The translations under genes and the position numbers were made by a program. A model generated the notes under the pieces. It was given only the letters and a program-made list of their open reading frames with translations. It was not told the origin of the DNA and did not search any database. Below are positions 1-13,662 of a stretch of DNA of 64,000 nucleotides, in pieces. Source of the stretch: Mobula hypostoma (lineage: Eukaryota); contig NC_086121.1 of the NCBI RefSeq assembly GCF_963921235.1, positions 41,478,001-41,542,000 of the forward strand. The letters are read 5' to 3'. Numbering within the stretch: the stretch's first letter is position 1; every line of letters begins with the position of its first letter.

Positions 1-1010
1 AAATTTGGGCTTCTGTAGCTCCCTCTGCAACTGGATCCTTGACTTACTCATCAGGAGACCATAGTCAGTGAAGATCAGAAATAGCATCTTCTCCATGCTG
101 ATGATCAACACCTCAAAGATGCCTGTTTAGCCCATTGGGCTACTCTCTCTACAACAATGACTGTACGGCTAGGCACAACTCCAATGCCGTCGATAAAGTT
201 GTCAATGACACAACTATCGTTGGCTGAATTTCAGATGGTGACGAGGAGCTGGACAGGAGCGAGATAGATCAGCTGGTTAAGTGATGTTGCAACAACAACC
301 TTGTGGACTTCAGGAAACAGAAGTCAAGAGAATACACACCAGTCCTCAGTGAGAGATCAGAAGTGGAAAGGGGTTCAAGTTCCTGGGTGTCAAAATCTCT
401 TAAAATCCATCCTGGGCCTTCATTTGATGCAATTACAAAGAAGGCACAACAACAGCTATAGTTCATTAGGAGTTTGAGGAATGTTACCAAAGGCTCTCAC
501 AAATTTCTATAGGTGTAATGTAGAGTGCATCCAATTGGCTGCATTACCATCTGGTATGAAGGGGCCATTGCTCAGGATCGGAAAAATGCTGCAGAAACTT
601 GTTAACCCAGCTAGCTGTATCGTAGGCCCGAGCCTCCCCAGCACGGAGGACACCTTCAATAGGCAATGCTTCACGAATGTGGCATCCATCATTAAGGACC
701 CTCATCACTTAAGAAATGCCCTTTTCTCATTTCTACCATCAAGGAAGAGATACAGGAGCCTGAAGACACAACTTTTCAGGAATAGCTTCTTCCCCTCCAC
801 CGTCAGATTTCTGAATGGACAATGAACCCATGAACACTAACTCACTATTTGTTTTTGCTCTCTTTTTACACTACTTAATGTAATTTAATTTTTAAATGTA
901 TATTTCTTATTCTAACTTTTAGTTTTTCTATTATTATATATTGCAATGTACGGCTGCTGCCAGAAAGAAAAACTAATTTCATATCATATCCCAGTGATAT
1001 TAAACTTGAA
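1..1010 (+). mobile_element. Rex1/Babar-like LINE, decayed 3' part (RT C-terminus and 3' UTR)
   Basis: Broken-frame motifs LCNWIL, (K)VVNDTT for KFADDTT, KKAQQQL, TNFYRCNVE, IIKDPHH, FRNSFFPSTVRFLN (ORF 481-825); AT-rich 3' UTR ending cagtgatattaaacttgaa. Confidence 0.85.
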
Positions 1011-2199
1011 CCTGCTTCTAATTTGTTGCTCCTTCAATTTTCAGCCAAACACTCATATTTTCATTCTCAGAGCTTTGTTTGCTTTACTAAAAATGCCTGA
1101 GGAATGCTTTATAATTAAATTTCAATTCTTTCAAAATAAAGTTTTATGTATTTTAGAGAGAGAAAACTGAACATAGGAACATCAGAACAAGTACTTACCT
1201 CCTCGAACCATTCTTAGTTCAGCTTTATTTGATTGCTTTGTGTGTTCCTAGAGATTAATAACTGATTGCTATCACTGATTTTCTATCTGCTTCAAGCAGT
1301 ACTCTCTTAAATCAATCCTCAATGTGCTGAGGTCCAGTTCCAGATGGAAAATCCGCAGTTGAATGAGCTTGTATCTTTGGGTTGCCTGCAATTAGTTATC
1401 TTTTTTTAGTAACAAGCCCCGAACAGCAACAATCACCTTTGTCTCCTACTTTGTCCAATCTATCTTCTCTGGCCTCTTGCCAACTTGCAACATGGCTTGC
1501 ACCGTAGTGAATAATTGCCTGCATGCCTTTCATCTCTTGATATTGCAATCCACTTTAATTCATCCATTAACATCATTTTCTTTCTTCCTTTCAGCATTTC
1601 TCTATTTCTTGATAACGGTGCTTTGTGAAGTCAATTCCTTTCCATTCTCTGATGGCTCGTGTGACTAATACTATGGCCTTCAACACCACTGACAGAGTTA
1701 TTTATGATTCTCATCTTGTCCCAGCTATTTCTCTCACCCTTCTGCTTCATAGCTTTGCAACAGTTCACTTACCAGTTCAATATTAGCCACTCCACCGCAT
1801 CTTTCATTCACCGAGTCCTAGTTACTCACTTACCAAACAAAAATGAGGAACCATGAATGCTGGAAATCTGAAATGTCAGCAAATGCCAGAAATATACTCA
1901 TTTACAGGACACATATATTGTTCATTGATCTTCCCTCGCCCCAGTTTTCTGTCCCGTCACTGATTATGGAGACCTTGCTATTAAGTTCATTCACACTCAG
2001 AGGTGAAAGTGACTTTATTTTCCTATCATTACAGTCATATCACTAACATTGCCAATGCAGCCCATTGATTGTATCAGAGACTTCAGACCACATGGCCCAT
2101 ACTGGCTTACTTTCTCCTCCATGTACCCCTGACCGCACCCTCACATTCATAGCTGAGGGTAATTCAGTGTTGTATCATTAACCAGAAATTCCTGTTTGC

Positions 2200-3036
2200 C
2201 GGTGTGAGAGGTAGTAAAGTCACCAGTTCCCAGCACCAGAGAAAAAGTTCAATCTTGACCCCAGGTACTGCCTGTGTGAAGTTTGCACATTCTTCCTGCG
2301 ACTGTGTGGGTTACCTCCTTGCTGTCTGCTGTCTTCCCACATCCCAAAGATGAGCAGTTTGGTAGGTAAATTTTTCACTACAAATTCCTCCTGTTGGATA
2401 GGAGAATGGTAGAATTTAGGAGATGGGGGTGACGGAGGGGGGAATTGATGAGAATGTAGGAAGAATGGAAGTGTATAGGTAATAGAAACATAGAAAACCT
2501 ACAGCACAATACAGGCCCTTCAGCCCACAAAGTTGTGCCGAACATGTCCTTACCTTAATCTTTACCTAGGGTTATCCATAGCCCTCTATTTTTCTGAGCT
2601 CCATGTCCCTGTCCAGGAGTCTCTTAAATGACTCTATTGTATCCGTCTCCACCACTGTCACCTGCAGCCTATTCCACGCACTCACCACTCTCTGCGTAAA
2701 AAACTTACCCCTGACATCTCCTCTGTACCTACTTCCAAGCACCTTAAAACTGTGCCCTTTCGTGCTAGCCATCTCAACCCTGGGAAAAAGCCTCTGACCA
2801 TCCATATGATCAATGCCTCTCATCATCTTGTACACCTCTATCAAGTCAACTCTTATCTTCCGTCGCTCCAAGGAGAAAAGGCCGAGTTCACTCAACCTAT
2901 TCTCATAAGGCATGCTCCCCAATCCAGGCAACATCCTTGTAAATCTCCTCTGTACCGTTTCTATGGTTTCCACATCCTTGTTTGGCATAGTGTTGATGGG
3001 CCAAAGGGCCTGTTCTTATGCTGTATCTCTCAATGA
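2200..3036 (+). mobile_element. HE1-type V-SINE split by a CR1 insertion (body 2200-2480, tail 2978-3036)
   Basis: V-domain-like gtgtgaagtttgcacattcttcc...gtgggtt...cccacatcccaaaga; the CR1-like tail gatgggccaaagggcctgttc resumes after the CR1. Confidence 0.75.
2482..2977 (-). mobile_element. CR1 (HER1-like) LINE 3' end
   Basis: ORF 2572-2988: VQRRFTRMLPGL...LFSLERR...DLIEVYKMMRG...KFFTQRVVSAWN; CR1 3' UTR and tail at ~2482. Confidence 0.93.
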
Positions 3037-3039
3037 ATT

Positions 3040-5486
3040 TCTACAAGCCTATGTCAAAGGGTGCGAGGGAAGGGAAGTGACTGCAGTTACTATTACAAGA
3101 GAGAAGGTGCTCAAAAAGCTGAAAGACCTAAGGATACGTAAGTCACCCGGACCAGATGAACTGCACCCTAGGGTTCTGAAAGGAGTAACGGTAGAGATTG
3201 TGAAGGCATTGGTAATGATCTTTCAAAACTCATTGGACTCTGGCAGGGTGCTAAAGGACTGGAAAATTGCAAATGTCACTCCACTCTTTAAGAAAGGAGG
3301 AAGTCAGCAGAAAGGAGATTATAGACAAGTTAGCTTAACCTCAGTGGTTGGGAAGATGTTGGGGTCCAGAAAACTGTAAGACCAAAAGACATAGGAGCAG
3401 AATTAGGCCATTCAGCCCATTGAGCCTGATTCACCATTCCATCATGGCTGACCCTGAATCCCACTCAACCCCATACACCCAACTTCTTGCCATATCCTTT
3501 AATTCCCTGACCGATCAGGAAACAATCAACTTCCACCTTAAATATACGCAAGGACTTGGAATCCACCGCAGTCTGTGGCAGAGCATTCCACAGATTTATA
3601 TTCTCTGGCTAAAAAAATTCCTCCTTACCTCTGTTCTAATGGGTCACCCCTCAATTTTGAGGCTGTGCCCTCTAGTTCTGGATACCCCCACCACAGGAAA
3701 CATCCTTTCCATATCCACCCCATCTAGTCCTTGCAACATTCCCTAGATTTCAATGAGATCCTCCCGCATTCTTCTAAATTCAAGTGTACAGGCCGAAAGC
3801 TGCCAAACCCTCCTCATATATTAACCCCTTCATTCCCACAGTTGTCTTCGTGAACCTCCTCTGGACTCTCTCCAATGACAACACATCTTTTCTGAGACAT
3901 GGGGCCCAAAATTGTTGACAATACTCCAAGTGCAGCCTGACTAGTGTCTTATAAAGGCTCAGCATTATCTCCTTGCTTTTATATTATATTCCCCTTGAAA
4001 TAAATGCCAAGGTTGCATTTGCCTTCTTTACTACAGACTCAACCTGTGAATTAAACTTCAGGGACCTTGCACAAGGACTCCCAAGCCCCTCTGCAGCTCT
4101 GATGTTTGAATTTTCTCCCCATTTAGATAATAGTCCACACTATTTTTCCTTTTACCAAAATGCATAATCATACATTTCCCAACATTGTATTCTATCTGTC
4201 ACTTTTTTACACATTCTTCCTATTTGGCTAAGTCCTGCTGCAGTCGCATTGCTTCCTCAGCACTACCTACTCCTCCAGTTATCTTTGTAGAATCCACAAA
4301 GCCATCAATTCCACTATCTAAATCATTGTCAAGCAATGTGTAAAGTAGTGTCCCCAATACTGATACCTGAGGAACACCACTAGTCAGCCAACCAGAATAG
4401 GCCCCTTTTAATCCCACTTGCTGCCTCCTGCCTGTCAGCCATTCCGCTATCCATGCCAGTATCTTTCCTGTAACACCACAGGATTTATCTTGCAAAGCAG
4501 CCTTATGTGTGGCACCTTATCAAGAGCCTTCTGAAAATCCAAATAAGTGACATCCACTGACTCTCCTTTGTCCACCCTGCTTGCTACTCCCTCGAAGAGC
4601 TCTAGCAGATCTGTCAGGCAAGATTTCCCTTCACAAAAAGCATGCTGACCATATCGTTAATTGTTAAGTATGAGGTTATGGAGTACTTGGTGATACAGGA
4701 CAAGACAGAACAAAGTCAGCATGGTTTCCTTAAGGGAACTTCTTGTCTGATGAACATGTTGCAATTCTTTGAGGAGACTACAAGTAAGAAACTATGATAG
4801 ATAAGGAGGATGCAGTAGTTGTTGTATATTTGGATTTGTATATTTGTGCAGAACAACCCAAAGGTTAACTTGCATGTAGAGTCGGTGGTGAAGAAGGCAA
4901 ATGCAATGTTAGCATTCATTTCAAGAGGTCTAGAATACAAGAGCAGGGATGTTATTCTGAGGATTTTTAAGGCACTGGTGAGACCTCACCATCGGTATTG
5001 TGAACAGTTCTGGGCTCCTCATCTAAGAAAAGATGTGTTGGCATTGGAGAGGGTTCAGAGCAGGTTCACAAGGATGATTCTTGAAATGAAAGTGTTATGA
5101 TTTGAAGAACGTTTGATAGGTCTGGGTCTGTACTCGCTGGAATTTAGAAGTAGAGGAGGGATCACATTGAAACCTTTTGAATGTGGGAAAGATGTTTCCC
5201 ATGATAGAGGGGTTTAGGACAAGAGGGCACAGCCTCAGGATAGTGGGCATCCACTTAAAACAGAGGTGGCGAAATTTCTTTGGCGAGAGGGTGGTGAACT
5301 TGTGGAAATTATTACCACCGGCAGCTCGATAGGTTCTTGGTTGGACACGGCACCAAAGTTTCTGGGAGAAGGCTGGAGAGCAGGGCTGAGGTGGGAAAAA
5401 AAGGATCAGCCATGATTGAATGGCAAAGCAGACTCGATGGGCCAAATGGCCTAATTCTACTCCTATGTCTTATGGTCTTATGGTCT
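3040..5486 (+). mobile_element. CR1 LINE (pieces 3040-3368 and 4655-5486), internally deleted and interrupted by an antisense CR1
   Basis: KSPGPDELHPRVLK, DWKIANVTPLFKKG, VSLTSVVGKML; resumes with SQHGF and KKANAMLAFISRG; tail tcctatgtcttatggtcttatggtct. Confidence 0.92.
3372..4650 (-). mobile_element. CR1 LINE, nested antisense
   Basis: ORFs 4220-4495 (TSGVPQVSVLG) and 3780-3965 (LYKTLVRLHLEYCQQFWAP); 3' tail at ~3372. Confidence 0.93.
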
Positions 5487-5789
5487 ATATCTGGTGATCG
5501 GAAAAAGAAGATATACTGACTGGTGGTAACCTGTACCTTCACTGTTATCCTGAAGGAATATTGTTGCCCTTTTTTGCTCTGCAACTCAGTAAGACAGAGA
5601 AAACATTAATTAATCTTTTAGATGACATCCTCTCCAGGCCCTTTTAGCAGTTGTTGTGTCGAGAGAACATCTGCAATATAATATAGGCCGGGAGCCAGAA
5701 CATGAATTACGGTCGAAAACTAACAATGGGTGCAGGCAAATGTCCTGCTTCTCTCCTCAGTACCTGAAACAATTTAATTAAACCATTTC

Positions 5790-6000
5790 AGTAACACACA
5801 CAAAATGCTGGAGGAACTCAGCAGGTCAGTCATCGTCTATAGAGAGAATTGAACAGTCAACATTTTGGCTCAGACCCTTTATTTGGACCTTGTTCATCGT
5901 CCATTTCCCTCCACAGATGCTGCCTGACCTGTTGAATCCCACCATCATTTTGTGTATGGCTCATGATTTCCAGTATCTGCGAAATTTCTTGAGTCTCTGT
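5790..6000. mobile_element. Miniature non-coding Penelope-derived element (inverted pLTR halves)
   Basis: Termini match the large Penelope at 14809-16552; arms ~5797-5850 and ~5905-5955 are reverse complements; TSD ttaaaccatttc (5778-5789) / ttaaatcatttc (6001-6012). Confidence 0.8.
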
Positions 6001-6159
6001 TTAAATCATTTCCTACGACACTGACAATAAATCCGACCTGAGCACTCAGCTACCATCATTTTAGCTAATAAACTTGAGTGTTGAGAGTGGCTGTAAAAAA
6101 TATTACATAAATATCGCTATGTTTTTTTCTTGTGAGTGCATACATTCATATAGTGATAT

Positions 6160-7945
6160 CAATTTTTTTCAAAATATAAATAGTAAGAGAGGCAAGAATG
6201 GATATCACATCATTAGAAAGTGATGCTGGAGAGGTAGTAAAGGGGGACAGAGAAATAGCGGATAAAATCAACAAATATTTTGCATCAGTCTTCACTGTGG
6301 AAGGAACCAGCAGTTTACCAGAAATTTGAGAGTGCCTGGGGGGCAGAAGTGAGTGTAGCAGTTAACACTAAGGAGAAGGTGCTTTGTAAGGTCTGAAGGT
6401 CAAAAAGTCACCGGGGCCAGATGGACTACACCACAGGGTTCTGAAAGAGGTAGCTGAAAATATTGTGGAGGCATTAGTAGTGATCTTTCAATAATCAGTA
6501 GATTCTGGCATAGTTCCAGAAGACTGGAATATCACAAATGTCACTTCATTCTTTAAGAAGGGAGGGAGGCAAAAAGACTAGAAACTAGAGGCCAGTTAGC
6601 CTGACTTCAGTGGTCACAAAGATGTTGGATTCCATTATTTAAGCATGCGGTTTTTAGGGGTACTTGGAGTCACATGATAAAATAGGCGAAAGTCAGCATG
6701 GTTTCCTTAAGGGAAAATCTTACTCGACAATTCTGTTGGAATTCTTTGAGGAAGTAACTGCCAGGATAGACAATGGAGAGTTACTGAATGTTGTTTACTT
6801 GGATTTTCAGAAGACTTTTGACAAGGTGCCTCGCATGAGGCTGCTTAACAAGATAAGACTCATGATATTACAGTAAAGGTACTAGCATGGATAGAAAATT
6901 GATAGGCAGAAGGCAAAGTATTGAAATAAAGGTCATCTTTTCTGGTTGGTCGCCGGTGTCTAGTGGTGTTCCATATGGGTCCATGTTGCGTCCACTTCTT
7001 TTCATGTTATATGTCAAGGATCTAAATGACAGAACTGATGGCTTTATAGCCATGCTTGTGGACAATACAATGATAGGTGGTGGGGCGAATGGTAGTTGAG
7101 GAAGCAGGGAGTCTGTGTAAGTTCTTAGACAGATGAGGAGAATGCTCAAACGAAGAGGCAGGTGGAGTGCTGTGTAGAGAAGTGTATGGTCATGCACTTT
7201 GGTATAAGGAATAAAGGCAGACACTAATTTTATGCTGGGGAGCAAATTTAGAAATCAGTGCTACAAAAGGACCTGAGAATCCTTATGCAAGATTCCCTAA
7301 GGGTTAACTTGCAGGCTGAGTTGGTGGTAAGGAAGGCAAGTGCAATGTTAGCATTCATTTTGAGCGGGCTGAGATATAAGAGGAAAGATGTAATGCTGAA
7401 CCTTTATAAGGTACTTGGTGTATAATGAGCAGTTTAGGACGTTTGCTCTGAGAAAGAATGTGCTGACATTAGAGTGGGTGCAGAAGAGATTCGCGAGAAT
7501 GATGTTGGGAATGAAATGATTAATGTATGAGAAGAGTTTGATGGCACAAGGCCTGTATTCACTGAGGTATGGAAGGATGAGGCAAGATTGAAAGGCCTAG
7601 TTATAGTGAACGTGGAGAGGATGTTTTCTATAAAGGAGGAAGCCTAGGACCAGAGGGCACAGCCTCAGAAAATAAGGACGTCCCTTTAGAACTGAATTGA
7701 AGAGGAATTTCTTCAGCTAGAGGGTGATGAATCTCTGGAATTCATTGCCACAGATGACTGTTGAGGCCACGTCATCGGGTGTACTAAAACAGAGGTTGAT
7801 TTTTTTCTTGATTAGTAAGGGTGTCAAAGGTTACGTGGAGAAGGCAGGAGAATGGGTTTGAGAGGGTTGGTAAATCAGCCATGATGGAATGGGAGAGCAG
7901 ACTTGATGGGCTGAGTGGCCCATTTCTGCTCCTATGTCTTATGGT
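6160..7945 (+). mobile_element. CR1 LINE, long decayed 3' half
   Basis: KSPGPDGLH, SQHGFLKGKS, VVYLDFQKTFDKVP, SSGVPYGS; 3' tail cctatgtcttatggt. Confidence 0.93.
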
Positions 7946-8924
7946 ATTATAGTTTAATTGTATCAAATGTGTCTTATTTTGTTTAATACTCTCCTCTCAG
8001 TAGAATTTCATAGAACCATTAAAGTGCATCAAACTCATGCACAAATCTGTCAAACACTCCGTTTTCCTCGAGTGTTTGAAAGAATGCCTGAAAGTACAAA
8101 TTGAGATTTACTTTTAGATGTGAGAGATTTTAAACATTAATTTCCAATTTGTGCTGCTCAATACAGGCGGAGGAATTTCCACTAAAACAGAGGGTCTGTC
8201 TGTTTTGGCATGCACCTGGGGAGTTAGTTGTATGGAGGTTGATGTAAATTCAGTACAAACATTCATGAAATCCAAGTGTAGCCAATCTAATAGACTGAAA
8301 TTTCAGAACCATTATCCTTTTGTTGCAGATGCAAACTCACTTGCTCTCTAGTTACTTTTCTTTTAAATCAGAAATCTTAAAATGAGTCTAAATTGCAGAT
8401 TGTTTTCTCGAATTTATTGTTTCAGTAAACAATGACCTTGAGCCATATTACTGCTGGGAATATTTACAGAGCATAACTCGGATTGGAACAATGTTGGGAG
8501 ACAGTAATCACTTTAAGAGCAGCAGCAGCTATAGAAAGTGAAAAAGGATCAGCATTTTCGATTCTGACCGAATATCTTTAACCTGAACTGTGATCTTCTT
8601 TTTACAAATGCTGCCCGACTTGTTGTTCAGTTTTCATTGCAGATTTCCAACGACATTCATTCTAACATACTGATACTTGGGCTGGCAGACTTTGTGCATG
8701 AAAATTTCAGTAGAGTACATATATCAACAGCTACAACTTCAACAAAAACAGAATCAAGTCCTTCAAAGTAAATAAAAGGAAAGGAAAAAATCATCAAAAA
8801 AGTCCAATAAAATCTGGTTGTCTATGTAATCTCCTTTATCAGGGCCTACCAGTGACTTTCTCACCCATTAGCCAATTGTTCTAGCAGCATGCAGCCTACG
8901 CAGTGCACTACACCATGCAGGTAC

Positions 8925-9457
8925 AAGAACATAGGACATAGGACAGTACAACACAGTACAAGCCTTTTGGCCAATGACTTTTGCTAACCTTTCAACTTAC
9001 TCCAAGATTAAACTAATGCTTCTCTCCCACATAACCCTTCATTTCTTTTATCATCGATGTGCCTATCTAAGATTCTCCTAAATGACCCAAATGCACCACA
9101 GCCCTGACAGCTCATTCCAAGCACCCAGCTTTCTCTGCTTAAAAAAAAACTACCTCTAACATCCCCCTATGCTTTCCTCCATTCATCTTAAAATTATACC
9201 TTCTCACATTAGCCATTACTGCCCAGGGATAAAGGCACAAGCTATCCAGTCTATCAATGTCTCTTATCATCTTATCCAACTGTATCAAGTCACCTCTCAT
9301 CTTCCTCCTCTCCAAAAAGAAAGAAAATCTTTAGGTTACTCATCTTTCCTCATAAGATCATGCTCTCTAATCTAAGCAGCATCCGCATGATTCTGCTCTG
9401 CAGCCTCTCTAAGGCTTCCACATCCTTTCTAAACTGAGGCAACCAGAACTGCACACA
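8925..9457 (-). mobile_element. CR1 LINE 3' end, old
   Basis: Tail aacataggacataggacagtacaacacag; body colinear with the 2482-2977 copy. Confidence 0.85.
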
Positions 9458-10999
9458 TCGGGTGTCACAACCATGGACTCGGTTACAGGGTCTATGTGCC
9501 CCCGCAGGCGGTCTTTATAACATGTTCGGCAATCGCACTTGTAAGTACACATGTTCCAGCTAATTACTGTTTCATGATGATGATATTTGATTCCCTTCCT
9601 TCCATTCTAGTCTTGTCAAGACTTGACCAAAAGCACAGCAACATTTATGCTCCCTACTTACCCTTGTTCTTGTCTGGGAAAGAGGACTACCATTTTGACT
9701 GTTGCTGGAAAAGAGCGATATTCATCCAGTATTAATTATTACTTCCGGCCACAGCATTGGCAATTAACTTTCAGTTTGAGAGTTTAAGTTAACAGCTCTG
9801 CTGCCCTAGCATTTATTATTTTTCTTTTCCTTTAAATTCTGCAAAAGTTCACATTAAAGTCAGTGAACTGTCAACCCTCTTCAGTGCCTCTTTCTCTCTG
9901 CACTTGGGCCCTACCTGAATGTTGTGACATCTGGTTACTAGCAGAGAGCCATTCTCAAGGGGAACCTCCAGTCCAGACACAGAGCATCAACTCTTTAATA
10001 CTCATCCTCTTGTTAGGCTCATCATGATGTGTTTCATCCTTTGAAACAAATCAATGCAATATTAAGAGCTATTTTCACTATCTAAGACTCTAAAACTACT
10101 TTTCTATCAAAACCAGCTATTAGACAGTGCCAGGAAAGTGATTTGGTTCTGAATGAAATTCTATGAACTTTGAGATCCCTGTGACAGGATTGATTCTGTC
10201 AGTTATCCTTCTTAATCCCGGCCATGGATACCATGTTGAACTTTTGAGATCAAACGTAACTGAGAACCTTCTAGAAAGTGAACAGCAGGAGGTACAAGAT
10301 GCAGTAATCAACTCCTCATTTTGTAGTGGCTTCTTTCATTCCATTCACTCCCTAGCAGTTACTCTGTGTGTAGACCTGCATTAGGGAGTAATTGGCCTTA
10401 GTGTCGACTGTGCGGAGGTTGAGGTCGCGATACGCAGTCCAGCAAGATAAACTAAACATGTCAAGGATGGCAGTTAAGGCATTTTCAGCAGCTGGTGTTT
10501 TGACTTGGACTCAGCTTGTGGGTGTAGATTTAAATATTGGCATCAAAGACCGCTAAGTGTGGAAGGATTACAATTCTAAAAAAAACGCTATCTTGAATGG
10601 TAGCCATATCAATCCACTTCTGCAAATTTATTAAATGAGTTCAGGATACAGAGCAGGATCTGATTTATGGCAAACATCCCAAAATGTATTAAAAAATATG
10701 ATGAAAATGTATTCTTCTCTCCAGAAAAGGAGAGGTTTGTGTGGGAACAGTGTGAAACTGTATTAAAGGATAGTGCAGGGAGGGGTACGGAGAGGTGTGG
10801 CATTTGTTGAATAACAGTACTAAGCTTTAGCAAGAACAGATGGCATTCCAGGAAATATCTAGCCTTCCAGGGAATTAGAGGTGACTTTCACTTCTAGAAT
10901 GGTCAGAGGAGCTGATTTCTGTTAACTATCGGAAATTAATAAGGAATTGGTTACTGCAGTGTCACGATAGCAAAAGACAAAATAAAAGTTTGAAAGTTA

Positions 11000-11995
11000 T
11001 CAGAATCAGAATCAAGTTTAATATCAATGACATGTGTTGGGAAATTTGTTGTTTTACAGCAGCAATACCGTGCAATACATAATGATATGAAAGGCTATAA
11101 AATTACAATAAGAAAGATATATATATATATGCCTTGTGACAATTGATTTTTTTATAGTTCTTATGGCTTATGGTCTTATACATGCATAAATATATACACA
11201 TTATATTACATATATATAAGTCATCTTAAGACCCTAAGATATAGGAGTAGAATTGGGCCACTTGGCCCATCGAGTCTGCTCCGCCGTTCCATCATGGCTG
11301 ATTTATTATCCCTCTCAATCCCATTCTCCTGTCTTTTCCCCGTAACCTTTGCTGCCCTGACTAATCAAGAACCTATCAACCTCCGCTTTAAATATACAGG
11401 AAGACTTGACCTCCACAGCCATCCATTCCACAGATTCACCACCTTCTGGCTAAAGAAAGTTCTCCTCATCTCTTTTCTTAATGGATGTCCCTATATTCTG
11501 AGGCTGTGCCCTCTGGTCTTAGACTCACCCAAGATAGCAATCATCTTCTTCACATTCACTCTATCTAGGCCTTTCAAAATTTGATCGGGTTCAATGAGAT
11601 TCTCTCCCTCCCCCCCACCACCATACTTCTAATCTTCTAAACCAGCTAATATGGTGTATTTATATATCTTGTGTAGTGTAGTGAGCAGTGTACACAGGTT
11701 CATTGTCTGTGCAGAAATGTGATGGCAGAGGGCAAGAAATGCTGAGTGTGTGTCTTCAGGTTTCAGTACCCCCTTCTTGATGGTAGCAATGAGAAGTGGG
11801 CATTTCCTGGGGAATTGGGGTCTGTACTGATGGATGCAGCCATTTTGAGGCATTGTCTTTTGATGATGTTGGGGAGGCAAGTGCCGATGATGGAGCTGAT
11901 TGAGTTTGCATCTTTCTGCAGTGGCCCCTCCATAGCAAATGGTGATGAAACCAACTAGAATGTTCTCCATGGTACATCTGTAGAAACTAGCATAC
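11000..11995 (-). mobile_element. Rex1/Babar-like LINE 3' end, interrupted by CR1
   Basis: Tail cagaatcagaatcaagtttaatatc; ORF 11629-11997 starts FYRCTMENILVGFITICYGG. Confidence 0.8.
11227..11648 (-). mobile_element. CR1 LINE 3' end, nested
   Basis: aagatataggagtagaattgggcc...ctgtgccctctggtcttagactc, colinear with the other CR1 3' ends. Confidence 0.9.
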
Positions 11996-12802
11996 AATAA
12001 GAAACGTCAGTTTTCAAAGATTTTTCCAAGTTTTCCTTTAAAAAATTCTCCAAATGGTGACATTTTAAGAATATTTGTTGTTATTCAGAAAACAAAGGGA
12101 CAATGAGATAGGTAGCCGAAGCCACCGAATTCATAATCTGAGAAACAATACATTCACACCAGGAGCAAATTCAGGGGAAATAGGTATAAGCTCTGCAGGT
12201 GCTTTGTAGAAGACAGCTACCTGATTTCCATTTTACTGTTTTACTAAAAATAACCACTTGTCTGATGATTCAAGCCAAGACTGTGAAGTTTGGAGTTCAA
12301 ACAAGCATTCACAGTCTTTGTATCAGATTCCTGTTTGACAGAGGTGTGAACTTCAATTACACCAGTACTTTTATGATCATGACAGTCAAAATAAATTCCA
12401 GAATAACATCATATTTCATTTAACATCATTTGTCTTGACTTGTGAAGGAGATTTGGCATGTCTACTCTGAATGTTTGAAGGGCAAATGTTGGCTTAAAAC
12501 AGAATAAATAATAAACAAAAGGAAAAGGGTGTGGCAAGGATAATAAGCTAATGTAGCAAAGAGTTCCTCTTACAGATGGATTTATAAGATCAACGCCTCT
12601 ATCCTTCATCTGGTGTTTGGTCTCTGCAATCACCTGTCGGTTTTTGTACAATATTGGTCATTGTAAGACCATCGGAGTAATGCCAACGTAAACAGACATT
12701 AGGGTGAAAGGGTCCTTCCATAGCTAACGACTCACAATGAAGCAATGCATGGAACCATTTCATCAGGTTTTACTCAGTCATTAGCACATCATTTGAATGG
12801 AT

Positions 12803-13305
12803 AGTCATAGTCATACTTTATTGATCTGGGGGGAAATTGGTTTTCGTTACAGTTGCACCATAAATAATAAATAGTACTAAAACCATAAACAGTTAAATAG
12901 GAATATGTAAATTATGCCAGGAAATAAGTCCAGGACCAGCCTATTGGCTCAGGGTGTCTGACCCTCCAAGGGAGGAGTTGTAAAGTTTGATGGCCACAGG
13001 CAGGAATGACTCCCTATGATGTTCTGTGTTGCATCTCAGTGGAATGAGTCTCTGGCTGAATGTACTCCTGTGCCCACCCAGTACATTAAGTAGTGGATGG
13101 GAGGCATTGTCCAAGATGGCATGCAACTTGGACAGCATCCTCTTTTCAGACACCACCGTCAGAGAGTCCAGTTCCATCCCCACAACATCACTGGCCTTAC
13201 GAATGAGTTTGTTGATTCTGTTGGTGTCTGCTACCCTCAGCCTGCTGCCCCAGCACACAACAGCAAACATGATAGCACTGGCCACCACAGACTCGTAGAA
13301 CATCC
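12803..13305 (-). mobile_element. Rex1/Babar-like LINE (distinct subfamily) 3' end, well preserved
   Basis: Open frame MFYESVVASAIMFAVVCWG...RINKLIRKAS...HPL...SFLPVAIKLYNS; (atagtc)n tail. Confidence 0.85.
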
Positions 13306-13409
13306 TTGGAATGCTTGAACATCCTTGGTTGGGGTATTGGAAATGATATTGGCTTATTATTGTCAAATGTATCAGGACACAGTGAAAACCATCCATACAT
13401 ATCATTTTA

Positions 13410-13662
13410 AAATGTGGACTTGAGGGGGAACTTCTTCACTCAGAGGGTGATGAGAGTGTGGAATGAGTTGCCAGAGCAAGTGGTGGATGTGATTTCAATT
13501 TCAATGTTTAAGAGCAGTTTGGATAGGTACATGGATGGGAGAGGTTTAGTGGGGTATGGTCCAGGTGCAGGTCCATGACACTAGGCAGTTGAAATGGTTC
13601 GGCTTGGACTAGATGGCTGAAGGGCCTGTTTCTATGCTGTAGTTTTCTGTGGCTCTATGATT
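13410..13662 (+). mobile_element. CR1 LINE 3' end
   Basis: aacttcttcactcagagggtgatgagagtgtggaatgag...gatggctgaagggcctgtttctatgctgt. Confidence 0.85.

Noticed and set aside
1199-1385. Longer minus-strand exon (ATQRYKLIQLRIFHLELDL...)
   Set aside because: All three frames stop before the donor and the acceptor lacks a pyrimidine tract.
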